Source of the DNA: Candidatus Micrarchaeota archaeon
Lineage (GTDB): Archaea > Micrarchaeota > Micrarchaeia > Micrarchaeales > CABMGC01
Length of the DNA: 64,000 nucleotides
Reading direction: 5' to 3'
Assembly: GCA_021850805.1 (NCBI GenBank)
Contig: JAJZKO010000004.1
Coordinates: 8,336 to 72,335, forward strand
Both the position numbers and the translations under genes were made by a program. This document shows positions 37,385 through 48,188 of this stretch, in pieces (position 1 is the first letter of the stretch; each line of letters begins with the position of its first letter). Under the pieces are notes generated by a model. That model had not been told where the DNA came from. It was given only the letters and a program-made list of their open reading frames with translations, and made no database searches.

Positions 37385-38500
37385 TTGGGCAACGAAAATG
37401 CAGTAAGCGGCAAGATTGAAGAACTTGAGGAAGAGTACTCAAAAACAAAGCACAACAAGGCCACAAACAAGCATCTCGGTATACTCCGCGCAAAGATTGC
37501 AAGGCTTAAAAAGGAGGCAGCGCATAAAAAAACGCATCATGGCACAGGGTTCTCAGTTAAGAAATCGGGCAATGCCACCGTCGCCTTGGTGGGCTTCCCC
37601 AATGCAGGCAAATCCTCTCTACTAAAGCACCTAACAAATGTAGAATCGAAAGTTGCAGACTACGCATTTACAACCATAGCAGTCATACCAGGCATAATGG
37701 AGATTAACGGCGCAAGGATACAAGTGCTAGATCTCCCCGGCATAATAGAAGATGCGTACAAGGGCCGCGGCGGAGGCACTATGATAGGAAGCGTGATAAG
37801 GATAGCTGACCTCATAGCCATAGTCGTAGATGCAAATGCATACAAGGACGCATATAGGATAATAGATGAGCTCCATAAACTCAACATATTCCTTAACGAG
37901 CCTGCGCCTGATATACGGGTGGAGAAGAAGACAAGCGGAGGCATACGCTTCTTCGGAAAGATTGTCGGGCATGAGGAACGCTATATGATAGAGGCGTTGA
38001 ACGAGACCGGGATATACAATGCAGATATAACATTTGGAACTCCTGTAGACGCGGAAAAATTCATAAACTATATAACAGAAAGCACAGTATACACCCGCTC
38101 CATAATAATCCTCAACAAAGTAGACCTTATAAGCCAGGCGGAGGTCAATACACTCTCTGAAAGGCTCCACAAGGATACCGGCATGGATGTCCTGCCGGTA
38201 AGTGCATCGAAGCGCATAAATATAGATAGTGTAAAAAGGGAGCTGTTCCAGCATCTCAATCTTATAAAGGTATACTTAAAGCCCAAAGACGGAGTTCCTG
38301 ACCTGGAGAAGCCGCTTGTATTGAGGAAAGGGGCCACAGTGGGCGAGGCGGCAAGGGCCATACACTCCAAGACGGCAGAGAACCTAAAATATGCGACAGT
38401 CACAGGGACAAGCACGAAATTTGACAACCAAAGGGTGGGCCAGGACCATGTTCTGCACGACGAAGATATAATAACGCTGTTTTACTATAAGATAATCTAA
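37385..38500 (+). CDS. DRG/OBG-family GTPase with TGS domain
   Basis: NKATNKH.G.L.AK.A.L, GFPNAGKS, YAFTT, DLPGII, NKVD, QRVG.DH.L.D.D. Confidence 0.93.
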   Translation: MGNENAVSGKIEELEEEYSKTKHNKATNKHLGILRAKIARLKKEAAHKKTHHGTGFSVKKSGNATVALVGFPNAGKSSLLKHLTNVESKVADYAFTTIAVIPGIMEINGARIQVLDLPGIIEDAYKGRGGGTMIGSVIRIADLIAIVVDANAYKDAYRIIDELHKLNIFLNEPAPDIRVEKKTSGGIRFFGKIVGHEERYMIEALNETGIYNADITFGTPVDAEKFINYITESTVYTRSIIILNKVDLISQAEVNTLSERLHKDTGMDVLPVSASKRINIDSVKRELFQHLNLIKVYLKPKDGVPDLEKPLVLRKGATVGEAARAIHSKTAENLKYATVTGTSTKFDNQRVGQDHVLHDEDIITLFYYKII

Positions 38501-38512
38501 ACGGCGAGATAT

Positions 38513-38953
38513 ATGACAATAAAATACTGGGAATACGAGGACGTGCCACTGAAGGAAAAGCTGAAGAACCCGAACGTGAAGGAGATTGCCAAGATATATT
38601 TCGAGAATGAGACCAAGGCGTATAGGTTTGCAAGAGCACTTTCAGAGGTAAAGCTGCATGGCAAGCTGAGGTTGAAGGACTGCCCGGAAGACCTCCCACA
38701 AGCAACATGGAAGAGGTATATGGACTTTGGCGTAATAGTGGGTCTCTTAAAACATGAGGATGGAGAATACTCATTTACCGATAGGTACTCAAGACCCCTC
38801 AAGAACATAGCAATATACATAAAGGCATGGATGGAGACGCAGGAAAAGGAAGACCTGGCGTTATTGTTTGCCACGGCAAAAACAGCAAAGCAGGTCAAGA
38901 GAGGCGGCAAGTCAAGGAAAGATCAAGAAGGCCAAAAGGACGAGGTTGCATGA
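38513..38953 (+). CDS. Hypothetical protein (possible winged helix)
   Basis: ATWKRYMDFGVIVGLL..EDGEYSF resembles an HTH plus wing; lies within the DRG-NFACT run. Confidence 0.7.
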   Translation: MTIKYWEYEDVPLKEKLKNPNVKEIAKIYFENETKAYRFARALSEVKLHGKLRLKDCPEDLPQATWKRYMDFGVIVGLLKHEDGEYSFTDRYSRPLKNIAIYIKAWMETQEKEDLALLFATAKTAKQVKRGGKSRKDQEGQKDEVA

Positions 38954-39726
38954 AAATATCCCTGGATTTTACCAAATCAGCGCAGAAGAATGCAGAAGAC
39001 TACTATAACCTGGCCAAGAAATCAGAAAGAAAAGCATCAGGTGCGGCAGCCAGCATAAAGAGGATGGAGAAGGAGCTGACTGACCAGCCAGGCAACGCGC
39101 CACGGGAGAAACACGCCCAGAAACGAAAGGATACAGAATGGTATGAGGAGTACAACTGGTTCTTTACGCCAAAAGGCGAACTTGCGATAGGCGGCCGCAG
39201 CGCCAAGCAGAACGAGGCAATTAATTCCAAATACTTCGAAGATAAAGACCTGTTCTTCCACGCGGATATATTCGGGGCATCCGTAGTGGTACTCAAGGGC
39301 GGTGCTTCCGCTTCAAAAGAGTCAAGGGAGCTAGCGGCGCAGTTCGCGGCGTGCTTTTCTAGTGGATGGGCGGAAGGGGCATTCTCCCTTAACGTATACG
39401 CGCTCGGGCGCAGCCAGGTATCAAAATCCAAGCAGAAAGGCTCCTTAGGGACAGGCAGCTTCCTTCTCGAGGGAGAGAGGGAGTGGTATAAAAACATGCC
39501 GCTAAGCCTATGTGCTTACATCTCAAAGGATAAGAAAGGCGAAGACAGGTTTACCATAGCACCGCAAAAGATACTCGCCTACGGAAGCACACCAGAACCA
39601 CGCGTCATAGTCTCTCCTGGCACTGTAAAGAAATCAGACGCGGCAAAAATAATAAGCAAAAAACTTGGCTTTACTGATATAGACTATATAATGCAGCACC
39701 TTCCCGCAGGCGAGTTTAGTGTGTAG
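38950..39726 (+). CDS. NFACT RNA-binding domain protein (short Rqc2/RqcH-like)
   Basis: LD..KSA..NA..YY..AKK, WYE.Y.WF, GGRSA.QNE, HADI.GAS, GSF...GER. ATG overlaps the previous stop. Confidence 0.85.
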   Translation: MKISLDFTKSAQKNAEDYYNLAKKSERKASGAAASIKRMEKELTDQPGNAPREKHAQKRKDTEWYEEYNWFFTPKGELAIGGRSAKQNEAINSKYFEDKDLFFHADIFGASVVVLKGGASASKESRELAAQFAACFSSGWAEGAFSLNVYALGRSQVSKSKQKGSLGTGSFLLEGEREWYKNMPLSLCAYISKDKKGEDRFTIAPQKILAYGSTPEPRVIVSPGTVKKSDAAKIISKKLGFTDIDYIMQHLPAGEFSV

Positions 39727-39730
39727 GCTC

Positions 39731-40264
39731 TCATTCGTGCCCGCCTTTCGAATGGACTCTCTTGACAGCCGAGTCTATCACTTCACGCGCCCTTGACGCG
39801 TTTTCCCACCCACTTACCTCTGACCACTTTCCTGGCTCTATGCTTTTATAGTACTTGAAGAAATGCGCAATTCTGTCCTTTACATTCTCCGGAAGCTCCT
39901 TAACATCGTTTACAAGTTTAAACTCTGGGTCTATCTTATCCGTGCCTACCCCGAGTATTTTGGTATCTATTCCCTCTTCATCCTTCATGAGAAGCAAGCC
40001 TATGGGCCTTACCACTACAGTAGTTCCAGGGAAAAACGAGGCACCGCTTATGACCATTATGTCAAGAGGGTCTCCATCTTCACCAAGCGTTCCGCAGACA
40101 AACCCATAATTGTAAGGATAAACCATCGATGTATGAAGTATTCTGTCGACTTTTATGCTACCGCTATGTTCGTCGTATTCGTATTTCACATTGCTGCCCT
40201 TCGGTATCTCTATGAGGCAGTTGACTTTTGATGGCGCATCCTTACCTATCGTTAAATTTGGCAT
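39731..40264 (-). CDS. ppa: Inorganic pyrophosphatase (family I)
   Basis: EIPKGS..KYEYD, YPYNYG, DGDPLD, FF..YK..E.GKW. Confidence 0.96.
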   Translation of the reverse strand: MPNLTIGKDAPSKVNCLIEIPKGSNVKYEYDEHSGSIKVDRILHTSMVYPYNYGFVCGTLGEDGDPLDIMVISGASFFPGTTVVVRPIGLLLMKDEEGIDTKILGVGTDKIDPEFKLVNDVKELPENVKDRIAHFFKYYKSIEPGKWSEVSGWENASRAREVIDSAVKRVHSKGGHE

Positions 40265-40322
40265 GTAATCAGATGTAAACTATCCAATAAAAGATTTAAA
40301 CTCTTTGTAGCAAAGATAGTTT

Positions 40323-41933
40323 ATGCATACTAAATATGTAGTAATACTAGGTTCACTGATGAGTGGTCTGGGCAAAGGCGGCATAACAGCTTCGATAATG
40401 AAGATGCTCGATTTCTATGGGTACAGAGTCCTGCCGATAAAATTCGATGGATATCTAAATTACGACTGCGGCACCATGAACCCGTACAGGCATGGCGAGG
40501 TATTTGTCCTTAATGATAAAAGCGAAGTAGATATGGACTTCGGCATATACGAAAGATTCATAAACAAGGATCTCACCGGCAACCTATCCATAACAGGCGG
40601 CAAGCTATACAGTACTCTAATCAAAAAAGAGCGAAGCGGGGAGTATCTCGGAGAGGACGTCCAGGTAATACCGCATGTAACCAACGAGATAATAAATCAC
40701 GTAAGGGGAATATCAGAATCGGAGAAGCCTGATGTCATAGTAATAGAAGTAGGCGGCACGGTAGGCGACATAGAAAACAGTTACTTTATAGAGGCAATGA
40801 GGCAGCTTGCCATTAAAGACAAGACTATTTTTATAAACCTTACTTATGTTCCTACCCTTGATGTCGTTGGCGAACAGAAGACAAAACCGGCACAGATAGG
40901 ATTCAGGACAATACTGCAATCAGGAATAATGCCCTCATTCGTAATATGCAGGAGCAAGGACAAACTTCTTGCGAAGACAAAAAAGAAGCTCGCACTGTTC
41001 ACGAACCTTGACGAGAGCAGGATAATAGACGATGAAGATCAGATGACCCTGTACAAGCTCCCCCTATCATTCATGGAGCAGAAGATGGACAAGATGCTCA
41101 TTAAAGATTTGGGGCTCCCAGAAAGAAAATTAAACAAGCAGAAACTCTCGACATGGAGGAACACTGTGGATAAGATACTCAATCCGGAAAGGTCCGTTAA
41201 TATAGCAATACTTGGAAAATATACGAACCTGCAGGATTCATATGCCAGCGTAAAGGAGGCCCTCATACACTGCGGAGCCAAATCAAATGCGAGGATAAAT
41301 ATCTCCTGGATAGAATCCGAGAAGCTAGAATCTGGAACAGACCCATCTGCAGTCTTTGCAGGCATAGACGGGGTAATAGTTCCGGGAGGATTCGGAAACC
41401 GTGGAATAGAAGGGATAATAAGAGGAATAAGGTACTGCCGGGAGCAGAAGATACCTTATCTTGGAATATGCCTCGGCATGCAACTCATGGTCGTCGAGTA
41501 CGCAAGGAACGTATGCGGGCTCAAAGACGCAAACTCCTCAGAGTTCAATAAAAACTCGAAGAATAAAGTGATAGACATAATGAAGTCCCAGCTCGGAAGA
41601 AGAGCCAAGGGCGGAACAATGAGGCTTGGGCTTGAGGAGTCAAAAGTTGCTGACAAAAAGAGCATAGCATACAAGTCTTACAGTGCCATAACAATCCAGG
41701 AGCGTCACAGGCATAGATATGAATTCAACAACAGGTATATGGATCTTATGAAAAAGAAAGGCCTGCTCTTTACCTCTTTCTCATCGGACAACATAGTGGA
41801 GACTGTGGAATGGCCCGGCTATGCGGGTATAGGCACACAGGCACACCCTGAGCTAAGGTCAAGGATCGAGAAGCCCGCCCCTCTGTTCGAGTATCTGGTG
41901 TCTAAAGCATTACTCAGGAGAGAAAAGACTTAA
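40323..41933 (+). CDS. pyrG: CTP synthase
   Basis: SGLGKG, HGEVFV, GICLGMQ, ERHRHRYE, QAHPE. Confidence 0.96.
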   Translation: MHTKYVVILGSLMSGLGKGGITASIMKMLDFYGYRVLPIKFDGYLNYDCGTMNPYRHGEVFVLNDKSEVDMDFGIYERFINKDLTGNLSITGGKLYSTLIKKERSGEYLGEDVQVIPHVTNEIINHVRGISESEKPDVIVIEVGGTVGDIENSYFIEAMRQLAIKDKTIFINLTYVPTLDVVGEQKTKPAQIGFRTILQSGIMPSFVICRSKDKLLAKTKKKLALFTNLDESRIIDDEDQMTLYKLPLSFMEQKMDKMLIKDLGLPERKLNKQKLSTWRNTVDKILNPERSVNIAILGKYTNLQDSYASVKEALIHCGAKSNARINISWIESEKLESGTDPSAVFAGIDGVIVPGGFGNRGIEGIIRGIRYCREQKIPYLGICLGMQLMVVEYARNVCGLKDANSSEFNKNSKNKVIDIMKSQLGRRAKGGTMRLGLEESKVADKKSIAYKSYSAITIQERHRHRYEFNNRYMDLMKKKGLLFTSFSSDNIVETVEWPGYAGIGTQAHPELRSRIEKPAPLFEYLVSKALLRREKT

Positions 41934-42624
41934 GAAGAAGCAGCCCCTGCTTCATGCCTGCTTTGCTCGCACCATACTTTCTGGAATCAAACGTATATCC
42001 TACTTCATGCACGCTTATGCTCCCTTTCCTGGTGCATTTTAAGAAATCAAAAAGTATCTTGTAGCCTCCCTTGACAAATCTATGGCTGTTCTTCCTGTAA
42101 ACATCCATGAACCTTAGCCTGCGCATGCCAAAGAAACCTGATAATATATCGGCAGAGCCCTGACATTTCCTAATGTACAGCACAATGTTCCCGGCAATAA
42201 TGAGCATCCTTGATATTATGCGCCTGTAAAGTACCCACCCTTCGACATTCTCCCTAACAGCTATCGCAACATCCGCCCCGCTATTAAGTGCCGCTGCAAT
42301 CTCGCCTATATATCTGGGATTATGCTGCAGATCCGCGTCCATTATTATTACGAACTCTGTCCGTGAGCGCTCTATGCCCTTTATGACGCTTCCCGTGAGC
42401 CCCAATCGTCCTTTGCTTAGAGGAACAAGGAGAGAAACATTCATCTTTCTCCTAATCGCCCTGTTCACTACCTCCTCTGTCCCATCATCAGAGTTGTCGT
42501 CAACTACCAGTATCTTTATTCCCTCATAACTCCTGGCAATAATCTCCATGAGCTTTCCGATAGACCTTTCCTCGTTCAGTGTCGGGAGTATTACGGTAAA
42601 ATTGCTATAATTATTTTTCCCCAT
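41914..42624 (-). CDS. GT2 polyprenol-phosphate glycosyltransferase (DPM1-like)
   Basis: ILPTLNE, VVDDNS.DGT, MDADLQH, D..SGF, G.SK. Confidence 0.9.
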   Translation of the reverse strand: MGKNNYSNFTVILPTLNEERSIGKLMEIIARSYEGIKILVVDDNSDDGTEEVVNRAIRRKMNVSLLVPLSKGRLGLTGSVIKGIERSRTEFVIIMDADLQHNPRYIGEIAAALNSGADVAIAVRENVEGWVLYRRIISRMLIIAGNIVLYIRKCQGSADILSGFFGMRRLRFMDVYRKNSHRFVKGGYKILFDFLKCTRKGSISVHEVGYTFDSRKYGASKAGMKQGLLLLKSFLS

Positions 42625-44206
42625 TTATCATCCCTCCAAGAAATAAGTAATACCTTACAGCAAGCTCAAGAAGCCATCCGGCAAACGCGATTCTTGTAGC
42701 AAGTCCATTAAGAACGGAGAGGTCTTCATCCTCCAAGACGTCGAGCAGAGCCAAAACGGCTGGATACGCAAGGATTATCTCCACAATCCCAAAAACGAGC
42801 ATAAGTTCGTTTGCATGTATAAACATCCCGCTTGCGTAAAGAAGCAGAAAGACCGCAAGATTAGCAAACAGAAGCCTGGCTATCTTGCCGTAAGACTGGC
42901 TCAATCCCAAAACCCTGCTGTTATACCTTAGAATAAAGTAAAGATACGCAATGGTGCCGAGATAATAAACTGCGAATATGGCTCCAAGCGAGCCAAAATA
43001 AGTGGCAAATATAAACAGCCCTGCCATGGTAATTGCGGCTGATATAAGGCTGTATTTAAGTACAGGGTATACCTTGCCCCTGCTTATGGTTGCATACGAA
43101 GCGATTGTACCTACAAAACCAAGAAGCATCCCCACGCTTATCATAGATATATTTTCAGCCTCGAAAGGGTATGCTGAAGTGAAGAGAGTCACCGTGAATG
43201 CGCCTGACAACGCGAGCAGATAACCTATTATCGGTGTTGTAAAGAGCAACATAAAGAAAACAGTATACCTATACATCTTATCCATCCTATGCCTCGCAAA
43301 CCTTCCCGCACCAGCATACGAAAGCATAGGCACCATAACCATTCCTATTGAATTGGCAAGCAATCCTATGATGTGGCTCATCTTAGTAGCCACACCATAT
43401 ACCCCGACTACAGCAGGCGCAAAAAGAAGCGCCAGGAAGACAACGGCAAAGTTGCTCATTGATGTATTTACTACATTTGCCCCTGCGAGCGGGAGGGAGA
43501 ACCTAAGCATATCTCTCTGCCTCTTGAAGATTCCCCTTGGTTCAAATTCCATGCCTGCATGCCTCTTAACCATCAGCATGGTGTAAATACCGCCAATTAA
43601 GAACCCCACGACATATCCGGTAACCGCACCAAAAGGTCCGAAGCCCATATATACCAGTGCTACAGCAAGAAAAGCCTGCATAATAATTGATGTGCTGTTC
43701 CCCACTGCCGCATGCACGCCTTTACCAACGCTTATAAGTATGGATGAAAAAATGCTCAGCATTATGGAGAATACAGCTCCAAGCAGCGCAAAGGCAAGGA
43801 TAAACCATCCATTCCCATAGGTTCCATGGAGCAGCAGCGGAGCAAGAGCAAAAGCGATAGCGCCTCCAAATACCAATACCAGAAAACCGAATACAAAAGC
43901 CAGCGCGATGCCGTCACCCACCGCAACCTTTATCCTTTCCGCTCTCTTTCTGACTTTCCATAATGGTATATACCTGCCGAAGTAACTCTCGATGCTTGTG
44001 CTTCCGAATGCGCCTGCAAGTCCAGCGAAGCCCAGCGCAATGACATATACACCGTACCCCTGTGCCCCAAGGAATCGTGCAACAAGAATAAACGAGGCAC
44101 CAGAGAAGACAATGCCTATGACTTTGCTGTACATTATAAGCACTGCCACCCTCGCGTTATCGAGACCGAGTTCCAGAGCTTCCGATCCGCTGTTTATGCC
44201 AGGCAT
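42611..44206 (-). CDS. MOP/Wzx-type oligosaccharide flippase
   Basis: ARFLGAQGYGVY and VGVYGVA; about 14 TM helices. Confidence 0.85.
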   Translation of the reverse strand: MPGINSGSEALELGLDNARVAVLIMYSKVIGIVFSGASFILVARFLGAQGYGVYVIALGFAGLAGAFGSTSIESYFGRYIPLWKVRKRAERIKVAVGDGIALAFVFGFLVLVFGGAIAFALAPLLLHGTYGNGWFILAFALLGAVFSIMLSIFSSILISVGKGVHAAVGNSTSIIMQAFLAVALVYMGFGPFGAVTGYVVGFLIGGIYTMLMVKRHAGMEFEPRGIFKRQRDMLRFSLPLAGANVVNTSMSNFAVVFLALLFAPAVVGVYGVATKMSHIIGLLANSIGMVMVPMLSYAGAGRFARHRMDKMYRYTVFFMLLFTTPIIGYLLALSGAFTVTLFTSAYPFEAENISMISVGMLLGFVGTIASYATISRGKVYPVLKYSLISAAITMAGLFIFATYFGSLGAIFAVYYLGTIAYLYFILRYNSRVLGLSQSYGKIARLLFANLAVFLLLYASGMFIHANELMLVFGIVEIILAYPAVLALLDVLEDEDLSVLNGLATRIAFAGWLLELAVRYYLFLGGMINGEK

Positions 44207-44218
44207 ACGCTCACTCGC

Positions 44219-45802
44219 TTATATCTTAAAGAACAGCTTTAGATACCTCATCATCGCTCCGGTACCCCATTCAAGTATCCATATCCCCGCAGACGAGCCT
44301 CTTATTATCTCCATGTCCTCCGCGTCAAGAGTTCCTGTGGCAAAGAGCAGAATTGGATAAGCAGCTAATGATACAATCAGCCCGACAGCTATCTCTAAAA
44401 CAAAATTTCCAATGAGAAGGCAGAGCCAGAGAAGGAATCCAAGGCATAATGCACTTATTACAAGCCTTGCGAATTTGCCAGCACGCAACCTGAAACCTAC
44501 CAGCAGCCTTGCCCCGTGCAGCAACAGCAGATCATCCACCACGCTCCCAACGAAAAACAGCGCAAATATGCCCCCTATAATCCCAAAATAAGGCACAAGC
44601 GCCACTACAAGCAGCAGCTGTATAACTGTGGATATAACATTGTACTTCAGTATTGCCCTGGAAAATCCATTTGCAACAAGCAGATTAGTCACGTATATTC
44701 CGACTATGTTTATTGCAGTGCCAAAAACCATCAGGGAAAACAGCTCCGGCGCTTCCGCATATTTGCTTGAGACGAGCAGGTAGATCTCAGCATGGGCAAA
44801 GATGCCAACGAAAACAAGCATAGGCAGGGTTATGCTAAAAGAATAGAGCAATATCTTATTGTATGTATAGTTTGCCCTCTCGCTCTTTGTTACCCTGTGG
44901 GCATATGAGAACGCCTGCAGGAGCACCGTAAGCACCGTGCCGTAAATCAAGGTTATGAAGCTTATGCCCCTGTTGGCTATCCCGTAATTTCCAAGCTGCG
45001 CAGAGGCTACGAAGAGACCAAGAAAGAGTATTGCAAATCCTCCAAGCCCAAAACTCAGGAAATTATTGAAGGCCAGCGGCATTGAGAAACTGGTAACTTT
45101 CCTGAGCTCTTCCCAGGAAGGGATACGAATCGTTACTTTGCCGTAACTCTTTAAGGTCGTAAATACGTAATAAACGCCAATCAAAAGTCCCGCAGCGCTG
45201 CCTATTACAAGCCCTGCGAGAGCTCCATCAACACCAAATCCATAATAAACAAGCGCTATGCTTGCGATTAGCTGTACAAGGCTTGAAGTAAAATAAGTCA
45301 GCGCAGCAAGCTTTGATTTCCTAAACCCTATCAGTATGTTATACAAACCACCAGTCGCTATTGCCTGGAAAGGGAGATACGCGCAAGCTATCATGAGCGT
45401 GAGCGGAGCAACGGTACTTCCATTAAAGAAAGCCGCAGCCACAAAAGGGCTTATTGCGATCCCGACAAGTGCGGAAATTGATGCCAGCGGAACCAGCAGG
45501 AACAGGCCATTTGAGAGTATCCTGCCTACCGTGCCAGGATCCTTATCCTCAGCCATCTCGGAAAGATTCCTGAGAAAGTACGAGCCTACCCCGAACGCAT
45601 TGAAAGCGCCTATAAGCGCCGCAAAGCCTACGGCAAGGATGTAAACCCCGTAATCCGAAGGCTGAAGAAGCCTGGCGACTACCACGAGCATCAGCAGATT
45701 AAGCAGCGATCCCGACATTCTTCCAAGGAACAGATTATAAAGAGAGCTCAACGCTACCTTGCCAAGTAGTGTATTCTGCGATGCAGGGACTGTCTCTTCC
45801 AT
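44219..45802 (-). CDS. MOP/Wzx-type oligosaccharide flippase (tandem paralog)
   Basis: ARLLQPSDYGVY and LGNYGIA; same layout as its neighbour. Confidence 0.85.
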   Translation of the reverse strand: MEETVPASQNTLLGKVALSSLYNLFLGRMSGSLLNLLMLVVVARLLQPSDYGVYILAVGFAALIGAFNAFGVGSYFLRNLSEMAEDKDPGTVGRILSNGLFLLVPLASISALVGIAISPFVAAAFFNGSTVAPLTLMIACAYLPFQAIATGGLYNILIGFRKSKLAALTYFTSSLVQLIASIALVYYGFGVDGALAGLVIGSAAGLLIGVYYVFTTLKSYGKVTIRIPSWEELRKVTSFSMPLAFNNFLSFGLGGFAILFLGLFVASAQLGNYGIANRGISFITLIYGTVLTVLLQAFSYAHRVTKSERANYTYNKILLYSFSITLPMLVFVGIFAHAEIYLLVSSKYAEAPELFSLMVFGTAINIVGIYVTNLLVANGFSRAILKYNVISTVIQLLLVVALVPYFGIIGGIFALFFVGSVVDDLLLLHGARLLVGFRLRAGKFARLVISALCLGFLLWLCLLIGNFVLEIAVGLIVSLAAYPILLFATGTLDAEDMEIIRGSSAGIWILEWGTGAMMRYLKLFFKI

Positions 45803-45859
45803 AAAACCAATAAAACTAGTAAGGATATAAAGATAAAGGCACAGAAAACTTAAAAACTA

Positions 45860-48094
45860 ATGCAATCAAATAAATTCATGCGTTTTGATGCTGATCTTTA
45901 TATCCGCAGGCACAAGAGCGAAATATCCGCAATCCTCGGATACCTTGCAATAACTGCAATATTCTTCTGGCCTTTAGTTGCCGGAATCAGCAGCTTCATC
46001 CCTGGTACCGGAGGGGATACCTACCAAAGCGCATGGGAACTATGGTGGGTGAGCTACTCAATTCTATCTCTGCACACGTCCCCGTATTTTACATACTTCA
46101 TCTACTTTCCCATAGGCGCAAACCTGCTTACGCAGACAATGGCGCCGCTTGCAGGTATATTAAGCGCGCCATTTGAGGCATTCGGTTCTGCCGTAGCACT
46201 GAACATTGTATTCATAGCGGGTTTTGTGCTGTCCGGATTCTTCATGTACATTTTTGCATACTACCTTACCAGGAACCGCTACGCTTCTTTCCTTGCAGGG
46301 GCAATATACGCTTTCAGCCCCATGCATGTATTCCAGTCTTTTGGGCACCTGCAGTGGATAAACATAGAATGGATACCTCTATTCTTCATGTTTCTGATAA
46401 TAGCCTTGAAGGAGAAGAAACACAAATACGCTCTCTACGCGGCCCTTTCATTCATATTCCTTACTTTCATGGGCGACCTGGAGCAGTCAATAGCCGTTTC
46501 TATAGGGGCGGTAGTGCTTCTTGCATCTTACTACCTAACCAACGACAGAAGATCAATATACAATAGGCGGAGCCTAATATACCTCGCAGAGATAGCCGTT
46601 GCAATATTCATACTTGGGTCTCCGGTATTCATAAGCATAATAATCGCACTGCAGCACGGGATATTATCTACGGTAAATGCAGTATCCTCCACCCAGGCAA
46701 ATATCCTATACAGCCCAGACGTGCTAAGCTTCTTTGTACCGAGCTTGATGAACCCTCTACTGGGATTCATACCAAATGCGCTGAACTATCTATACGCATC
46801 TGATCCAACAGAGCGTACCGTATACATCGGCTATTCTGTGATATTTCTTGCGCTTGTCTCCATATATGATTTCAGGAGCAGGAAAAGCCTCAAAAGCCTT
46901 GCACCATGGATAATTCCAGCTGTTATCTTCCTGATCTTAAGCGTAGGTCCTTATCTACAGGTGAACGGTGCGGTTATATCCTCGGTACCAATGCCTTATC
47001 TACTTCTCCACAAAATACCTATCCTGAATGTGTTTCGCGAGCCCGGACGGTTCGATATAATGTTTGAATTATTTATATCGGTGCTCGCCGCCTTCGGCTT
47101 CATTGCAATATCGAAAAATAAGATAGGCCCGCTTCGCACGGAAAAGGGCTTCTTTGTCCTTTTCCTGGTCTTGGTCCTATTTGAGTATTCAACAACCCCT
47201 ATCTCAAATGCACAGCTTCAGGCTAATTACGGGAATGCATATATCCCGGCAGCGTATAAGGACCTCGGTAACGCGACAAGCAACTTCTCCATAATAACTC
47301 TCCCTGCACTCCCGTATTACTACAGCTCTTCTCCGGAATTATATCCGGGCATCGCAATGTATTACCAGACAGCATCAAGGAAACCCCTGATAGGCGGATA
47401 CGCTACCAGAAGCAACAACACGCAGCTCGAGCTTCTATCGGATATTCCTATGGCAACAGCATCAGAATACCTGCAATACGGGCAAAATCTCTCATATTTC
47501 TCCCCTATAACAGAGAACTATACAAAACTGAATACGTTCTGGCTTGCAAACTATCGGACAAAATACGTAACAGTGATAAGGGGTGCATATAACGATACCG
47601 AGCTTCCTGCGCTCCTAGAGTACCTATACGGCATGTTCGGGCAACCTGTATATCAGAGCAATACCACTGACGTTTTCCAGACCAGTGGAGCAATATCCAA
47701 AGGGATAGGGTCCAGCCTGGTGAGCTACACCGCAGGCACATGGATCCCGGGGTTCTCATTATGCCAGTCGTCAAGCTGTAATGCCACACTCTCAAACATG
47801 TGGTGGGGCAATACGACGAGAGGAATAATAGTCTATTCGCCAAACCAAACCTCCGCATCAATGCGATTCGATGCGATATCAGCATACAACGACAGCATCC
47901 TATACCTGTATACTAATGGAAACCTGGCACATGCTTTCAATCTGACAGGAACTGCAGAAGCATACTCCGCCAACATAACAATCAAGCCAGGTCTGAATTC
48001 CCTTATCCTATACTATAAGCAGAACGCATATGTGGTGAACGACTCCATACTTAACTTCGGAATAGAGAACATAACGCTAAACAGGACCAGCTAA
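45860..48094 (+). CDS. Polytopic membrane protein, GT-C/YfhO-like, with extracellular C-terminal domain
   Basis: GD.YQ..W, A...AG.IYAFSP, FREPGRF, GGYATR; sequon-rich C-terminus. Confidence 0.7.
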   Translation: MQSNKFMRFDADLYIRRHKSEISAILGYLAITAIFFWPLVAGISSFIPGTGGDTYQSAWELWWVSYSILSLHTSPYFTYFIYFPIGANLLTQTMAPLAGILSAPFEAFGSAVALNIVFIAGFVLSGFFMYIFAYYLTRNRYASFLAGAIYAFSPMHVFQSFGHLQWINIEWIPLFFMFLIIALKEKKHKYALYAALSFIFLTFMGDLEQSIAVSIGAVVLLASYYLTNDRRSIYNRRSLIYLAEIAVAIFILGSPVFISIIIALQHGILSTVNAVSSTQANILYSPDVLSFFVPSLMNPLLGFIPNALNYLYASDPTERTVYIGYSVIFLALVSIYDFRSRKSLKSLAPWIIPAVIFLILSVGPYLQVNGAVISSVPMPYLLLHKIPILNVFREPGRFDIMFELFISVLAAFGFIAISKNKIGPLRTEKGFFVLFLVLVLFEYSTTPISNAQLQANYGNAYIPAAYKDLGNATSNFSIITLPALPYYYSSSPELYPGIAMYYQTASRKPLIGGYATRSNNTQLELLSDIPMATASEYLQYGQNLSYFSPITENYTKLNTFWLANYRTKYVTVIRGAYNDTELPALLEYLYGMFGQPVYQSNTTDVFQTSGAISKGIGSSLVSYTAGTWIPGFSLCQSSSCNATLSNMWWGNTTRGIIVYSPNQTSASMRFDAISAYNDSILYLYTNGNLAHAFNLTGTAEAYSANITIKPGLNSLILYYKQNAYVVNDSILNFGIENITLNRTS

Positions 48095-48188
48095 GCACAA
48101 AATACTGCCGAACCCTGCAGAAAATCTTTAAATAGCTTCTTGCAGAAAACCATACTAAGGCGAAATTGGTTTTAGGGGTGTTGGAAGA

